A stretch of DNA of 64,000 nucleotides from Acidilobaceae archaeon. GTDB lineage: Archaea; Thermoproteota; Thermoprotei_A; Sulfolobales; Acidilobaceae. This document shows positions 1 to 9,240 of this stretch, piece after piece. Both the position numbers and the translations under genes were made by a program. A model generated the notes under the pieces. That model ran no database searches, was not told where the DNA came from, and saw only the letters and a list, made by a program, of their open reading frames with translations. The stretch's first letter is position 1. Every line of letters starts with the position of its first letter. The stretch lies in contig JBCNVO010000044.1 in assembly GCA_039630105.1 (NCBI GenBank), positions 9,304 to 73,303 on the forward strand, in the 5' to 3' direction.

Positions 1-1
1 T

Positions 2-1108
2 TACATAGAGGCAGCACTCGGCCTCCGCAGGTTCATAGACGAGGAGGGCAACCCGGTGGAGGAGGTGAAGGTACATTTGAGCCAGGAGTTGTTGCTGAGG
101 ATGTACGCCACTATGGTCAGGGCAAGGCTCCTGGACGAGTGGTTGCTCAAGATGCAGAGGGTGGGGAAGGTTGCCTTGCATGCTCCGAACGCTGGGCAGG
201 AGGCAATTGCTGGCGCTGCAATGGCCCTGAGGGAGGAGGACTGGCTCTTCCCTAGCTACAGGGAGCTCTCTGCCTACATAGCCAGGGGGATGAGCGAGGA
301 GGAGATATTGGACAGAGCCATGGCAAATGCGGACGATCTGCTTAGGGGGAGCGAGTTCGCTGTATATGGCAACAGGAAGTTCAACATAGTGCCTGCCCCC
401 GTTCCTGTGGGAACCCAGATACCCCTTGCTGTAGGCGCTGCCATATCAGCGAAGATCCTGGGTCACAAGGTGATAACTATGGTCATCTTCGGGGACGGCG
501 CCTCCTCAAGGGGAGACTTCCACTCGGGCATGAACTTCGCCGGAGTGTTCAAGGCCCCCGTCGTGTTCATTCTCCAGAACAACGGCTGGGCCATTTCTCT
601 CCCAGCTATGAGGCAGACTGCAGCGAAGACCCTGGCAGCCCGCGGGGTGGGCTACGGGGTGCCCGGGGTCAGGGTGGACGGGAACGACGTCATAGCTATG
701 TACGTTACTGCGCTCGAGGCCGCAGAGAGGGCGAGGACTGGGGAGGGGCCTACGCTAATAGAGGCCCTGACCTACAGGCTGGGGCCTCACACTACAGCAG
801 ACGATCCTGACAAATACAGGTCTAGGGAGGAGGTGAAGCTAATGGAGAGGCTCGATCCTATTGCCAGGTTCGGCAAGTACCTGAAGGGAAGGGGCATAAT
901 GAGTGAGAAGGAGGAGAGGGAGATCTGGAAGGAGTGGGGGGAAAAAATAGAGAAAGCGGTCAAGAGGAGCTACGAGAAGCCTCCCTTGCCCGTGGAGGTG
1001 ATCTTCGAGAACGTCTACTCCGAGCCCACCTGGAACCTGGAGGAGCAGGCGAAGGAGCTGAGGGAGTCTCTGAGGGTCACGGAGGAGCTGGGGATGAGGG
1101 TGGAGTGA
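2..1108 (+). CDS. 2-oxoacid dehydrogenase E1 component, alpha subunit (TPP-dependent); 5' end probably outside the window
   Basis: 350-aa ORF from GTG 56 with E1-alpha-like sequence (GDGASSRGDFHSGMNFAG, TYRLGPHTTADDP). The frame stays open to nt 2. The upstream in-frame residues (RRFIDEEGNPV) look like the E1-alpha N-terminus, so the gene may be 5'-partial. First gene of an E1a-E1b-E2-E3 string. Confidence 0.85.
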   Translation, partial: YIEAALGLRRFIDEEGNPVEEVKVHLSQELLLRMYATMVRARLLDEWLLKMQRVGKVALHAPNAGQEAIAGAAMALREEDWLFPSYRELSAYIARGMSEEEILDRAMANADDLLRGSEFAVYGNRKFNIVPAPVPVGTQIPLAVGAAISAKILGHKVITMVIFGDGASSRGDFHSGMNFAGVFKAPVVFILQNNGWAISLPAMRQTAAKTLAARGVGYGVPGVRVDGNDVIAMYVTALEAAERARTGEGPTLIEALTYRLGPHTTADDPDKYRSREEVKLMERLDPIARFGKYLKGRGIMSEKEEREIWKEWGEKIEKAVKRSYEKPPLPVEVIFENVYSEPTWNLEEQAKELRESLRVTEELGMRVE

Positions 1109-1109
1109 T

Positions 1110-2087
1110 ATGGCTGTCATGAACATGGTACAGGCTCTGAACAGCGCTCTCAGGGAGGAGATGAGGAGGGACAAGAGGGTCGTCGTGCTGGGAGAGGACG
1201 TGGGGAGGAGGGGCGGCGTCTTCCTCGTGACAGAGGGGCTCATCGACGAGTTCGGGCCTGAGAGGGTGATGGACACCCCTCTCACGGAGGGCGGCATTGT
1301 GGGAGTTGCAGTAGGGATGGCCCTATATGGTCTTAGGCCTGTGGCAGAGATACAGTTCATTGACTTCGTTTACGAGGCCTTTGACCAGATCGTGACCAAC
1401 TTGTCCAAGATAAGGAGGAGGACAGGTGGCACGTACTCTGCGCCAGTCGTGATCAGGGGCCCCTGCTGCGGAGGCGTGAAGGGAGGTATGTTCCACAGCC
1501 AGAGCAACGAGTCCTATTTCGCCCACACAGGAGGGCTGAAGGTAGTCATGCCCTCAAGGCCTTATGACGCGAAGGGCCTCCTCAAAGCCTCCATAAGGGG
1601 AGAGGACCCAGTGATCTTCCTGGAGCCAAAGATCTTGTACAGGGCGATAAGGGAGGAGGTGCCTGAGCAGGACTATACTGTGCCCCTCGGGGAGGCCAGG
1701 GTGGTCCAAGAGGGCTCCGACGTAACGCTCGTGACCTGGGGAGCCATGGTGTACAGGTCCCTGGAGGCAAGCAAGATAGCGAGGGCAAAGCACGGCTGGG
1801 AGGTGGAGGTCATAGACCTGAGGACCCTCCTCCCCTTCGACAGGGAGGCCATAATCGGGAGCCTGGAGAAGACAGGGAGGCTGGTGGTCGTGCACGAGGC
1901 CCCTAAGACCCTTGGGCTTGGCGCAGAGATAGCTGCTTACGTAGCAGAGAACGCCATAGAGCTCCTGAGGGCCCCCATAGCCAGGGTGGCGGGCTTCGAC
2001 GTGCCCTACCCTCTGGCTCACGAGAAGCTATACCTGCCAAACGAAGCCCGGATTTATATGGCGCTCTCCAAGGTGATGAGCTACTAG
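1110..2087 (+). CDS. 2-oxoacid dehydrogenase E1 component, beta subunit
   Basis: 325-aa ORF starting 2 nt after the E1-alpha stop. Transketolase-like pyrimidine-binding and C-terminal domains (DTPLTEGGIVGVAVGMALYGLRPVAEIQF, DLRTLLPFD). Confidence 0.9.
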   Translation: MAVMNMVQALNSALREEMRRDKRVVVLGEDVGRRGGVFLVTEGLIDEFGPERVMDTPLTEGGIVGVAVGMALYGLRPVAEIQFIDFVYEAFDQIVTNLSKIRRRTGGTYSAPVVIRGPCCGGVKGGMFHSQSNESYFAHTGGLKVVMPSRPYDAKGLLKASIRGEDPVIFLEPKILYRAIREEVPEQDYTVPLGEARVVQEGSDVTLVTWGAMVYRSLEASKIARAKHGWEVEVIDLRTLLPFDREAIIGSLEKTGRLVVVHEAPKTLGLGAEIAAYVAENAIELLRAPIARVAGFDVPYPLAHEKLYLPNEARIYMALSKVMSY

Positions 2088-3272
2088 GTGGTCCATGTGG
2101 AGGTCAGGTTACCTGACATAGGGGAGGGGCTTACAGAGGGGGAAATAGTAGAGTGGTTGGTCAAGGAAGGAGATAGGGTGAAGCAGTTTCAGCCCCTCGT
2201 TAAGGTGCTCACTGCGAAAGCAACTGTGGAGATACCTTCGCCCTTCGAGGGGGTGGTGAAGAGGCTCCTTGCAAGGCCAGGCGACGTGGTGAAGGTCGGA
2301 GAAGTCATAGCTGAGATTGCTAAAGAGGCAGAGCCTGTCGCAGAAGTGAAAGAGGAGAAAGCTCAGGTAGCCCTCATCAGGGCCCCGCCTCGCGTGAGGA
2401 AGCTGGCAAGGGAGCTGGGAGTAGACCTGGCACTGGTGAAGGGGACGGGGCCGGGAGGAGCTATCACTGAGGGCGACGTCGTGAAGGCAGCAGAGGAGAT
2501 GAAGAGAGCTGTCGCAAAGGTAGAGGAGAGGCCTGCAGCAGTAGCTCAGCCAGCTGTGCAGAGGGAGGAGAGGATAGCGCTGAGGGGCATAAAGAGGCTC
2601 ATGTCCTTAAAGATGGCAGAGGCAAAGGCGAAGATACCCCACGCTTACATAGCAGAGGAGGTGGACTTCACAGAGCTGACAAAGCTCCGCGAGAGCCTTA
2701 AGGAGGAGGCTGAGAGAAAGGGAGCAAAGCTCACGCTACTGGCGTTCATCGTGAAGGCTGCGACGAAGGCCTTGAAGAGCTACCCGCTCATGAACGCAAG
2801 CCTTGACGAGGGGAAGGGGGAGATAGTGGTCAAGAGGTTCTACAACATAGGGATCGCTGTGGACACGGAGGACGGCCTCGTCGTGCCTAATATAAAAGAT
2901 GCGGATAAGAAGGGGCTGTTCCAGATAGCGCGGGAAATTCAGGAGCTGTCCCAGAAGGCGAGGGAGGGGAAGCTCTCCCTCGAGGAGGTGAGCAACGGCA
3001 CCTTCAGCATAACGAACATAGGCTCTATTGGCACTGTTTTCGGCATGGCCGTGATCAACTACCCAGAGGCAGCAATCCTAGGCGTGCACAGGGTGCAGGA
3101 GCTCCCCAGGGCAGTAGACGGGAAGGTGGAGCTGAGGAAGATTGGCATCATTACCCTAAGCTTCGACCACAGGTTCATAGAGGGCGCTTATGCCACTAGG
3201 TTCCTGCTCCACCTCAAGCGCCTGCTAGAGAACCCGGTGCTAATAATGGCGCCAGAGGAGGAGTTTAAGTAG
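2088..3272 (+). CDS. 2-oxoacid dehydrogenase E2 component (dihydrolipoamide acyltransferase)
   Basis: GTG start directly after the E1-beta stop. N-terminal lipoyl domain (LVKVLTAKATVEIPSP), peripheral subunit-binding domain (PRVRKLARELGVDL), and catalytic domain ending in SFDHRFIEG. Confidence 0.9.
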   Translation: MVHVEVRLPDIGEGLTEGEIVEWLVKEGDRVKQFQPLVKVLTAKATVEIPSPFEGVVKRLLARPGDVVKVGEVIAEIAKEAEPVAEVKEEKAQVALIRAPPRVRKLARELGVDLALVKGTGPGGAITEGDVVKAAEEMKRAVAKVEERPAAVAQPAVQREERIALRGIKRLMSLKMAEAKAKIPHAYIAEEVDFTELTKLRESLKEEAERKGAKLTLLAFIVKAATKALKSYPLMNASLDEGKGEIVVKRFYNIGIAVDTEDGLVVPNIKDADKKGLFQIAREIQELSQKAREGKLSLEEVSNGTFSITNIGSIGTVFGMAVINYPEAAILGVHRVQELPRAVDGKVELRKIGIITLSFDHRFIEGAYATRFLLHLKRLLENPVLIMAPEEEFK

Positions 3273-3282
3273 GTGAGCTAGG

Positions 3283-4650
3283 GTGGAGAGGTACGATCTC
3301 GTCGTGATAGGAGGAGGGCCTGGCGGCTACCCTGCAGCCATCCGCGCCTCGCAGCTCGGGCTGAGGGTAGCGCTGGCGGAGCAGAGGAGGTTGGGGGGAG
3401 AGTGCACGAACTACGGCTGCATTCCCACCAAGTCCATGCTAAGGCCTGTGAACTCCCTCTACGAGCTCTCCAAGATGGGTTTCGTGAAGGGCTCCCCTGA
3501 GCTGGACTTCGCAGAGTACATGAGCTGGGTAGAGTCTGTTAAGGCGAAGATCTCAGAGAGCCTCGAGTCCCTCCTCAGGAGGTACGAAGTTGACATATTC
3601 GAGTCCAGGGCTAGGTTCAGCAATGGGGCAGTGGAGCTGGAGAGCGGCCCCTCCCTCAAGGCAGGCAAGGTGGTGATAGCAACAGGCACTGAGCCCGCCT
3701 CCCTGCAAGGCCTGGAGGCAGACGGCGCCGTCGTTCACGACAACAGGACCATACTGGGCCTGAGGAGGAAGCCCTCGAGAGTGCTGATAGTAGGGGCTGG
3801 ATACATTGGCGTGGAGTTCGCGGGCCTCTTCGCGAAGCTGGGCGCAGAGGTACACCTCGTAGAGGTCCTGGAGAGGCCTCTGCCTACTATGGACGAGGAC
3901 TTCTCCAAGCTCGTCTCTAGAAGGCTCTCCAGGCTCGGCGTAAAGATCTACACTTCTACTTACGTCAAGGAGGTGGAGAGGAGGGAGAGCTACCTGAGGG
4001 CAGGCTTAACGAGCGGGCTAAGCGTGGAGGCAGACCTGGCACTTGTGGCAGTGGGGAGGAAGCCTAACTCTGCAGGCCTCGGGCTGGAGAGGGCTGGCGT
4101 GAGGACAGACGGGAAGGGATATGTGGTGGTGGACGAGGGCATGAGGACCAGCAACCCCGACATATTCGCTGCTGGGGACGTAGCTGGGCCCCCGCTGCTA
4201 GCGCACAAGGCCTTCGCGCAGGGGATCGTAGCTGCGGAGAACGCTGCGGGCATGAGGTCCTTCTACGAGCCAAAAGTGGTCCCCTCCGTTATATTCTCAG
4301 ACCCAGAGATACTCAGCGTGGGCTTGACAGAGGCGGAGGCAAAGAGGGCTGGCTACGACGTGGGGGTTACGAAGCTACCTATAGGTGGAGTGGCGAGGGC
4401 GCTGATCGAGGACTCAGTAGACGGCTTCGTGAAGCTGGTTTACGAGAACGGCAGCAAGGTGATCTTGGGCATTCACATGGCAGGCCCTCACGCCTCAGAG
4501 CTGGCAGGGGAGGCGTCGCTAGCAATAGAGATGGGGGCCACGCTGGAGGACTTGGCCCTCACCATTCACCCCCACCCCACTGTCTCAGAGGCGCTCCAGG
4601 AGGCAGCAGAGCTAGCGCTAGGGAGGCCAAAACATTACTACAAAAAGTGA
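3283..4650 (+). CDS. lpd: dihydrolipoamide dehydrogenase (E3)
   Basis: 455 aa. FAD fingerprint VVIGGGPGG, redox-active disulfide GGECTNYGCIPTK, second dinucleotide fold VGAGYIGVE, C-terminal HPHPTVSE interface motif. Confidence 0.9.
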   Translation: MERYDLVVIGGGPGGYPAAIRASQLGLRVALAEQRRLGGECTNYGCIPTKSMLRPVNSLYELSKMGFVKGSPELDFAEYMSWVESVKAKISESLESLLRRYEVDIFESRARFSNGAVELESGPSLKAGKVVIATGTEPASLQGLEADGAVVHDNRTILGLRRKPSRVLIVGAGYIGVEFAGLFAKLGAEVHLVEVLERPLPTMDEDFSKLVSRRLSRLGVKIYTSTYVKEVERRESYLRAGLTSGLSVEADLALVAVGRKPNSAGLGLERAGVRTDGKGYVVVDEGMRTSNPDIFAAGDVAGPPLLAHKAFAQGIVAAENAAGMRSFYEPKVVPSVIFSDPEILSVGLTEAEAKRAGYDVGVTKLPIGGVARALIEDSVDGFVKLVYENGSKVILGIHMAGPHASELAGEASLAIEMGATLEDLALTIHPHPTVSEALQEAAELALGRPKHYYKK

Positions 4651-4663
4651 GGACTGGGGTGGC

Positions 4664-5083
4664 TTACTCTCCTCCTATCTCCTCGAGGTGCTCCAGGTAC
4701 CTCTTGTAGGCCGCAGCTATGTCCCTAACAGACAGTATGCCCTTTGCCTTGCCCTCCTCGTCCACTACTGGCAGATGCCTGATCCTCTTCTCTGTCATGA
4801 TTATCACAGCCTTAGAGAGGGCCTCTCCCTCGTGGATCGTCAGGGGCTCTTTCGTCATGACCTCCCCTATCCTAGCATTGAGGGACTTGCCCTCCGCCAC
4901 TACCCTCACTAGGTCCCTCTCAGTGAAGATGCCGAGGACCTTGCCCTCTGGGCTGACGACGATTATGCTGCTTATGCCCTCCTTGTACATTGTCTTCACA
5001 GCATCTAGCACTGTGGCAGTAGGCTGAACGACGATAGGAGGTTTCTTCATGACGTCCACAACCTTTACAGCTGCATAGCTCAT
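4664..5083 (-). CDS. CBS-domain pair protein
   Basis: 139 aa with two CBS repeats (VMKKPPIVVQP...GIFTERDLVR and VMTKEPLTIHE...GILSVRDI). Confidence 0.8.
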   Translation of the reverse strand: MSYAAVKVVDVMKKPPIVVQPTATVLDAVKTMYKEGISSIIVVSPEGKVLGIFTERDLVRVVAEGKSLNARIGEVMTKEPLTIHEGEALSKAVIIMTEKRIRHLPVVDEEGKAKGILSVRDIAAAYKRYLEHLEEIGGE

Positions 5084-5137
5084 TTTCTACACCTGCCTAA
5101 TTATACAGTCTAGACTAATATTCCTTTCCCGCCATGG

Positions 5138-5587
5138 TCATATTGGAACGAAATATAATATGTCGCTCAGCATCCCTCTTCTCTCCTCTCTTGCTCTGAA
5201 AACGGGCCTTGTCTTGAGCCCCACGAAGACGTTCTCTGCTTTCAGATAGTGAACTATGCCTCCCTGAGCTCCCTCAGGCCTGAGGAGCGCTATGACCTGC
5301 GGTTCCCCCATCTTCTCCTCCCTTAAGTCTCTATATATTACAGTGTAGGATTCTACTACCCAAGGCCCCTGAAGCTCCACTAGCTCCCCCTTGCTGTGAT
5401 CAGGACAATAGGGACGTGCTGGTACCAACACCTTATCGCTGCACCTTATGCCCAGCAGCTTGCCCTCCAGCAAAGCCTCTGCGACCCTTGCACCAGTCAC
5501 GCCAGGCGGGTATACGTACTTCTCTACCTCCATCTCCCCCTCCACGTAGAGCACGTCCCCATGACTGACCCTCTTGTTCATCCTCAC
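5138..5587 (-). CDS. DUF35 OB-fold protein with a degenerate Zn-ribbon
   Basis: The ORF track gives 5138-5602. I prefer the in-frame GTG at 5587, which forms a GTGA overlap with the upstream stop. The ribbon region reads RCSDK...YCPDH (only two Cys) and is followed by an OB-fold-like C-terminus. Last gene of the thiolase-fold/DUF35 operon. Confidence 0.65.
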   Translation of the reverse strand: MRMNKRVSHGDVLYVEGEMEVEKYVYPPGVTGARVAEALLEGKLLGIRCSDKVLVPARPYCPDHSKGELVELQGPWVVESYTVIYRDLREEKMGEPQVIALLRPEGAQGGIVHYLKAENVFVGLKTRPVFRAREERRGMLSDILYFVPI

Positions 5588-6111
5588 CACCTCTCGAAAC
5601 ACTCTATGTCAGTTATGCTCCCCCTCCTCTCCCCCTCTGGCCTCCAGCGGGGCCTCACCCTTGCGCCAAATATCTTGCCTTCCTTCACCTCCTCCTCGCC
5701 CGCCCCGCAGAGCCTGTGGAAAATGCCTGGGAAGTCGGGCTCGTCCCCCTTGTAGCCAGGGGCGTCCAGCCTGATAATGACAACTATCTCAGGCTCCCTC
5801 AGCCTAGCCCTCCTCGCAGAGATGTAGCTCACGGAGACCGTCTCCACCCTTCCAGTGCCCGGCAGCTCCACCCAGTCTCCAGCTGGCGAGTGGCAGTACT
5901 CGCAGAACTCGCGGGGCGGCACCATGATCCTTCTGCAGGAGCTGCAGGCCCTCCCCAAGATCTTCCCCTCCTTGAGGCCCTTGAGGAAGAGGGAGAGGGC
6001 TTGTCCGGCGCTGTAGACGTACTTTGCCACAGGCTTGTATTCTATGACTCCTGCCATCCTCCTGAGCTCCTCCTCCCTCACGTACCTCCCAGGGATCTCC
6101 ACCTTGATCAC
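5584..6111 (-). CDS. DUF35 OB-fold / Zn-ribbon protein (acyl-CoA-associated)
   Basis: Complete CxxC...CxxC ribbon (ACSSCRRIMVPPREFCEYCHS) followed by an OB-fold segment. The ORF track start is 6156. The GTG at 6111 gives a GTGA overlap with the stop of the upstream thiolase-fold gene. Confidence 0.75.
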   Translation of the reverse strand: MIKVEIPGRYVREEELRRMAGVIEYKPVAKYVYSAGQALSLFLKGLKEGKILGRACSSCRRIMVPPREFCEYCHSPAGDWVELPGTGRVETVSVSYISARRARLREPEIVVIIRLDAPGYKGDEPDFPGIFHRLCGAGEEEVKEGKIFGARVRPRWRPEGERRGSITDIECFERW

Positions 6112-7295
6112 CTCGACAGCACTATGACCGTGCCTGCCTGCATCAGGTCTCCCCAAGAGTTTGCCACTCCCTTGTGCACAGGCCTCTTCACCTGCCTCGC
6201 CCCAGCCTCGTACCTCAGCTGCCAGAAGAGCTCTGCAGTCTTCATAACTCCAGAGGCTGCTATGGGGTTGCCCATGCCTAGCAGCCCTCCGCTGGGAGAG
6301 ACTGGAAGCTCCCCGCTCCTCTCAAAGTAGCCCTCCTTGAGCAGCTTGGGGGCCTCGCACTTCCTAGCCAGCATGAGCCCCTCCAGGTTGTGGAGCTCCT
6401 TGTAGTCGAAGGGGTCGTGGGGCTCCGCCAGGTCTATCTCCTTCCAGGGCCTCTCTATGCCAGCCATCTTGTAGGCCATCCTAGCTGCCTGTTCCACGTA
6501 CCTCGGGTAGGAGAGGTCTCTGTTGTACCAGAAGGAGCTGTCCAGAGTAAAGCCCACTCCCTCCACCCACACTGGCGTGTCAGTGATCCTCCTGGCAACG
6601 TTCTCCCTTGCCAGCACGAGCGCTGCTGCCCCGTCGCTCACGGGGCTTATGTCCAGGAGCTGCACAGGCCAGACCAGCGTCTCGCTCCTGAGCACGTCCT
6701 CCACAGTTATGTCTGCTGCAGCCTGCGCATGAGGGTTGTCCAAGGCGTTTCTCTTGTTCTTGACAGAAACTAGGGCTATGTCCTCCTTCCCTACCCTGCA
6801 CTCGTGCATGTACTTAGCCATCTCGAGCGCAAATATCCAGATGAGGTTAGGCCCTAGGGGCCTCTCGAGCACAGGGTGCCAGATGTAGGCGAAGACGCCC
6901 TGAGGGTGGGGGTAAGCGTGACTCATCTTCTCCTCCCCCACTGCAAGCACAGTCTTGCACAGACCACTTGCCGCGTGCCACCATGCAGTTATTGGTACCA
7001 TTACCCCAGTGCCCCCTCCCACTGCCACTCTGATCACTGGCTTGGAGAAGCCCCCTGCTCCCTCAGCCAGGTACTCTCCCTTCATGTGCACGCCGTCGAA
7101 AGCATCTACAGCAGAGCCGATCACTATGCAGTCTATGTCCTTTAGCGTGAGGCCTGCAGAGTCGAGAGCTCTGCTGGCTGCCTCCCAGGCGAGCTCCTGT
7201 GGGGTCTCGAGGAGCCTCCTGGCGAAGAGGGTAAGGCCTGCCCCTACTATCGCCACCCTGTCCTTCACGTGTAGGTTCGTCCTCATCTCCCTCAC
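6108..7295 (-). CDS. thiolase-fold (SCP-x / archaeal thiolase-like) protein lacking the canonical Cys and His
   Basis: 395 aa, alignable by eye to archaeal thiolases (ASG..VLAVGEEKMS, ISPVSDGAAALVL, PVSPSGGLLG). The nucleophile position reads RVAVGGGTG (expected xxACASG), and the GHPxGATG box reads GMGNPIAASG. The GTG start forms a GTGA overlap with the upstream gene. Confidence 0.8.
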   Translation of the reverse strand: MREMRTNLHVKDRVAIVGAGLTLFARRLLETPQELAWEAASRALDSAGLTLKDIDCIVIGSAVDAFDGVHMKGEYLAEGAGGFSKPVIRVAVGGGTGVMVPITAWWHAASGLCKTVLAVGEEKMSHAYPHPQGVFAYIWHPVLERPLGPNLIWIFALEMAKYMHECRVGKEDIALVSVKNKRNALDNPHAQAAADITVEDVLRSETLVWPVQLLDISPVSDGAAALVLARENVARRITDTPVWVEGVGFTLDSSFWYNRDLSYPRYVEQAARMAYKMAGIERPWKEIDLAEPHDPFDYKELHNLEGLMLARKCEAPKLLKEGYFERSGELPVSPSGGLLGMGNPIAASGVMKTAELFWQLRYEAGARQVKRPVHKGVANSWGDLMQAGTVIVLSR

Positions 7296-8437
7296 CTCGA
7301 GACGACTGCGACAGCAGAGGTGTAGGTGGGAACTCCCCTCCAGCTTGCAACGATGGCCCTCTCCCCCTCCACCTGCGTTCCCCCTGCCTCCCCCCTGAGC
7401 TGCAGAACAGCTTCCAGCAGCCTCACCAAACCCGTGGCTTCGAAAGATATGCCCAGGGAGAGGGTGCCCCCGCTTGGGTTCACTGGGTAGCTGCCCCCTG
7501 CATAGAAGTGGCCTGCCTCAAGCAGCCTGTGGGCCCCCTCTGGAGCTAAGCCCAGCTCCTCCAGCGAGAGGAGCTCCATGAAGCTGAACCTGTCCTCCAC
7601 CTCTGCGAAGTCAGTCTGCTTTCGCGGGTCACTTATGCCCGCCTGCCTGTAAGCCTCCCTAGCTGCGAGCTTCATAGAGGGCATCCTCCCCCACTCGTGC
7701 CACTCCATGGCACCGCTCCCCACCTCAGTGGCCCACCAGATCCCCTCGAGCCACACGGGCTCTCCCCCCAGCTCCCTTACCTTCTCCTCCGAGGCGATCA
7801 CGAAGTTTATCGCCACGTCTGTGTACCCAGCTATCTCGTGCGAGGTGAGGGGGTAGATGATCGGCTCTGAGCCCAGTACGTCCTCCAGAGTTATCTTTGC
7901 AGAGTGGGGAGCCCTCGGGTTCCTGAGGCCCCTGTTCCTGTTCTTCACTGCCACTAGGGCGAAGTGCTCCCTCCTTGCCCCGCTCCTCCTCATGTAAGCC
8001 ACTGCGTCGAGCCCTGCAGGGAAGAAGGGGTTGCCAGGCCTGAGGGCTCTTATCTGAGGATCTAGGGCAAGCTCGTAGACCTCTTGAAGAGTCTTGATAT
8101 CACTGGGCTTTGCATGGGCCTCTACTGCCACCACCTCTGCCATGCCGCTCCTTATCATCATGTAGGCCTGACCTATGCACTGCAAGCCGTCCCCAGCGAC
8201 AGTCATAGTAGGCCTCATCACTCCCCCTATCGGGTCTGGCGCAAACTCGTCGCTTATGGCTATGCCCTCCCAGAAGTCCTCCTGGCACGAGACGAAGACG
8301 TCTATGTCCTCCCTTGCGTCCACTCCTGCGTCATCGTAAGCCCTTACTGAGGCCTCGTACATCATCTCAGCAAAGGACAGCTCCGGGACCGAAGGCCTGA
8401 AGCCCTGCCACCCCACGCCTAGGAGAGCTACCCTCAA
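7292..8437 (-). CDS. thiolase-fold protein paralogue, also lacking the canonical Cys and His
   Basis: 381 aa with a TTG start. Thiolase-like N and C halves ([12 protein letters not shown]...QLRGEAG). The nucleophile region reads TVAGDGLQC with no Cys at the aligned position. The His box reads LGISFEATG. Confidence 0.75.
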   Translation of the reverse strand: MRVALLGVGWQGFRPSVPELSFAEMMYEASVRAYDDAGVDAREDIDVFVSCQEDFWEGIAISDEFAPDPIGGVMRPTMTVAGDGLQCIGQAYMMIRSGMAEVVAVEAHAKPSDIKTLQEVYELALDPQIRALRPGNPFFPAGLDAVAYMRRSGARREHFALVAVKNRNRGLRNPRAPHSAKITLEDVLGSEPIIYPLTSHEIAGYTDVAINFVIASEEKVRELGGEPVWLEGIWWATEVGSGAMEWHEWGRMPSMKLAAREAYRQAGISDPRKQTDFAEVEDRFSFMELLSLEELGLAPEGAHRLLEAGHFYAGGSYPVNPSGGTLSLGISFEATGLVRLLEAVLQLRGEAGGTQVEGERAIVASWRGVPTYTSAVAVVSR

Positions 8438-8468
8438 CTGCTTCTCCTCGTGGGCTCAGTCTAGGAAG

Positions 8469-8475
8469 TTATATA
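8469..8475. promoter_or_regulatory. TATA-like box (TTATATA) in a divergent promoter region
   Basis: This is the only A/T-rich element in the 68-nt gap. It lies about 30 nt from the TTG start of the NUDIX gene (8506) and about 32 nt from the TTG start of the thiolase-fold operon (8437). Confidence 0.45.
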
Positions 8476-8505
8476 CACTTCACCCGAGAAAGGGGGGCAC
8501 GCGTT

Positions 8506-8982
8506 TTGGGTAGGGAGTACCCGGATAGCCCGCAGGTAGGGGTGGGCTGCGTAGTGATCAGCAAAGGGGAAGTGCTGATAGTTAGGAGGAAGTTCCCGCC
8601 TGGGGAGGGGAAATGGAGCGTGCCAGGGGGGCACGTGGAGCTGGGGGAGGACCTGCTGGAGGCAGCGGCGAGGGAGCTAGAGGAGGAGACAGGTCTAAGG
8701 GCAGAGCCTCTAGGAATAGTGAACGTGGACACCCTGGTCGTAAGGGATCCGAAGGGGAGGATCAAGTTCCACTATGTCCTGGTAGACGTGATCATGAGGG
8801 AGCCGAAGGGGGAGCTCAAGCCCTCTGAGGAGATCGCAGAGGCCAGGTTCTTCCCGCTGGAGGAGGCCCTCCGGCTTGATTTGACAAGTTCCTCTAGGGG
8901 GTTGCTGGAGAAGCTGGCCAGGGGGAGGCTGCCTACACAAAACCCTTTACCTCAGGACAAGTACGAATATGCTGAGGCGTAG
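8506..8982 (+). CDS. NUDIX hydrolase
   Basis: Nudix box [24 protein letters not shown]. Confidence 0.85.
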   Translation: MGREYPDSPQVGVGCVVISKGEVLIVRRKFPPGEGKWSVPGGHVELGEDLLEAAARELEEETGLRAEPLGIVNVDTLVVRDPKGRIKFHYVLVDVIMREPKGELKPSEEIAEARFFPLEEALRLDLTSSSRGLLEKLARGRLPTQNPLPQDKYEYAEA

Positions 8983-8985
8983 AGA

Positions 8986-9240
8986 GTGGGCGTGAGGGTA
9001 AGGGTCTACGGAGACCTCAGGGAGGTGCTGGGGTGGAGCCAGAAGGAGGTGGAGGCAGGGAGGAACTTGGGGGAGACTCTCAGAAAGGTTCCCCTCTTGT
9101 GGGAGTCCGTGAACAAATACCCCTTCGACACGTTAATGGTGCTGATAAACGGCCAGAACGTCCGGCTCTCCGGGGGCCTAGAGGCATCTGTAAAGGAGGG
9201 AGACGTCATAGACATCTTCCCGCCCGCAGCAGGCGGCTAG
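8986..9240 (+). CDS. moaD: MoaD/ThiS-family ubiquitin-like sulfur carrier
   Basis: 84 aa, beta-grasp-like, ending in the diagnostic C-terminal Gly-Gly (FPPAAGG). Adjacent to MoeA and FdhD-like genes. Confidence 0.7.
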   Translation: MGVRVRVYGDLREVLGWSQKEVEAGRNLGETLRKVPLLWESVNKYPFDTLMVLINGQNVRLSGGLEASVKEGDVIDIFPPAAGG

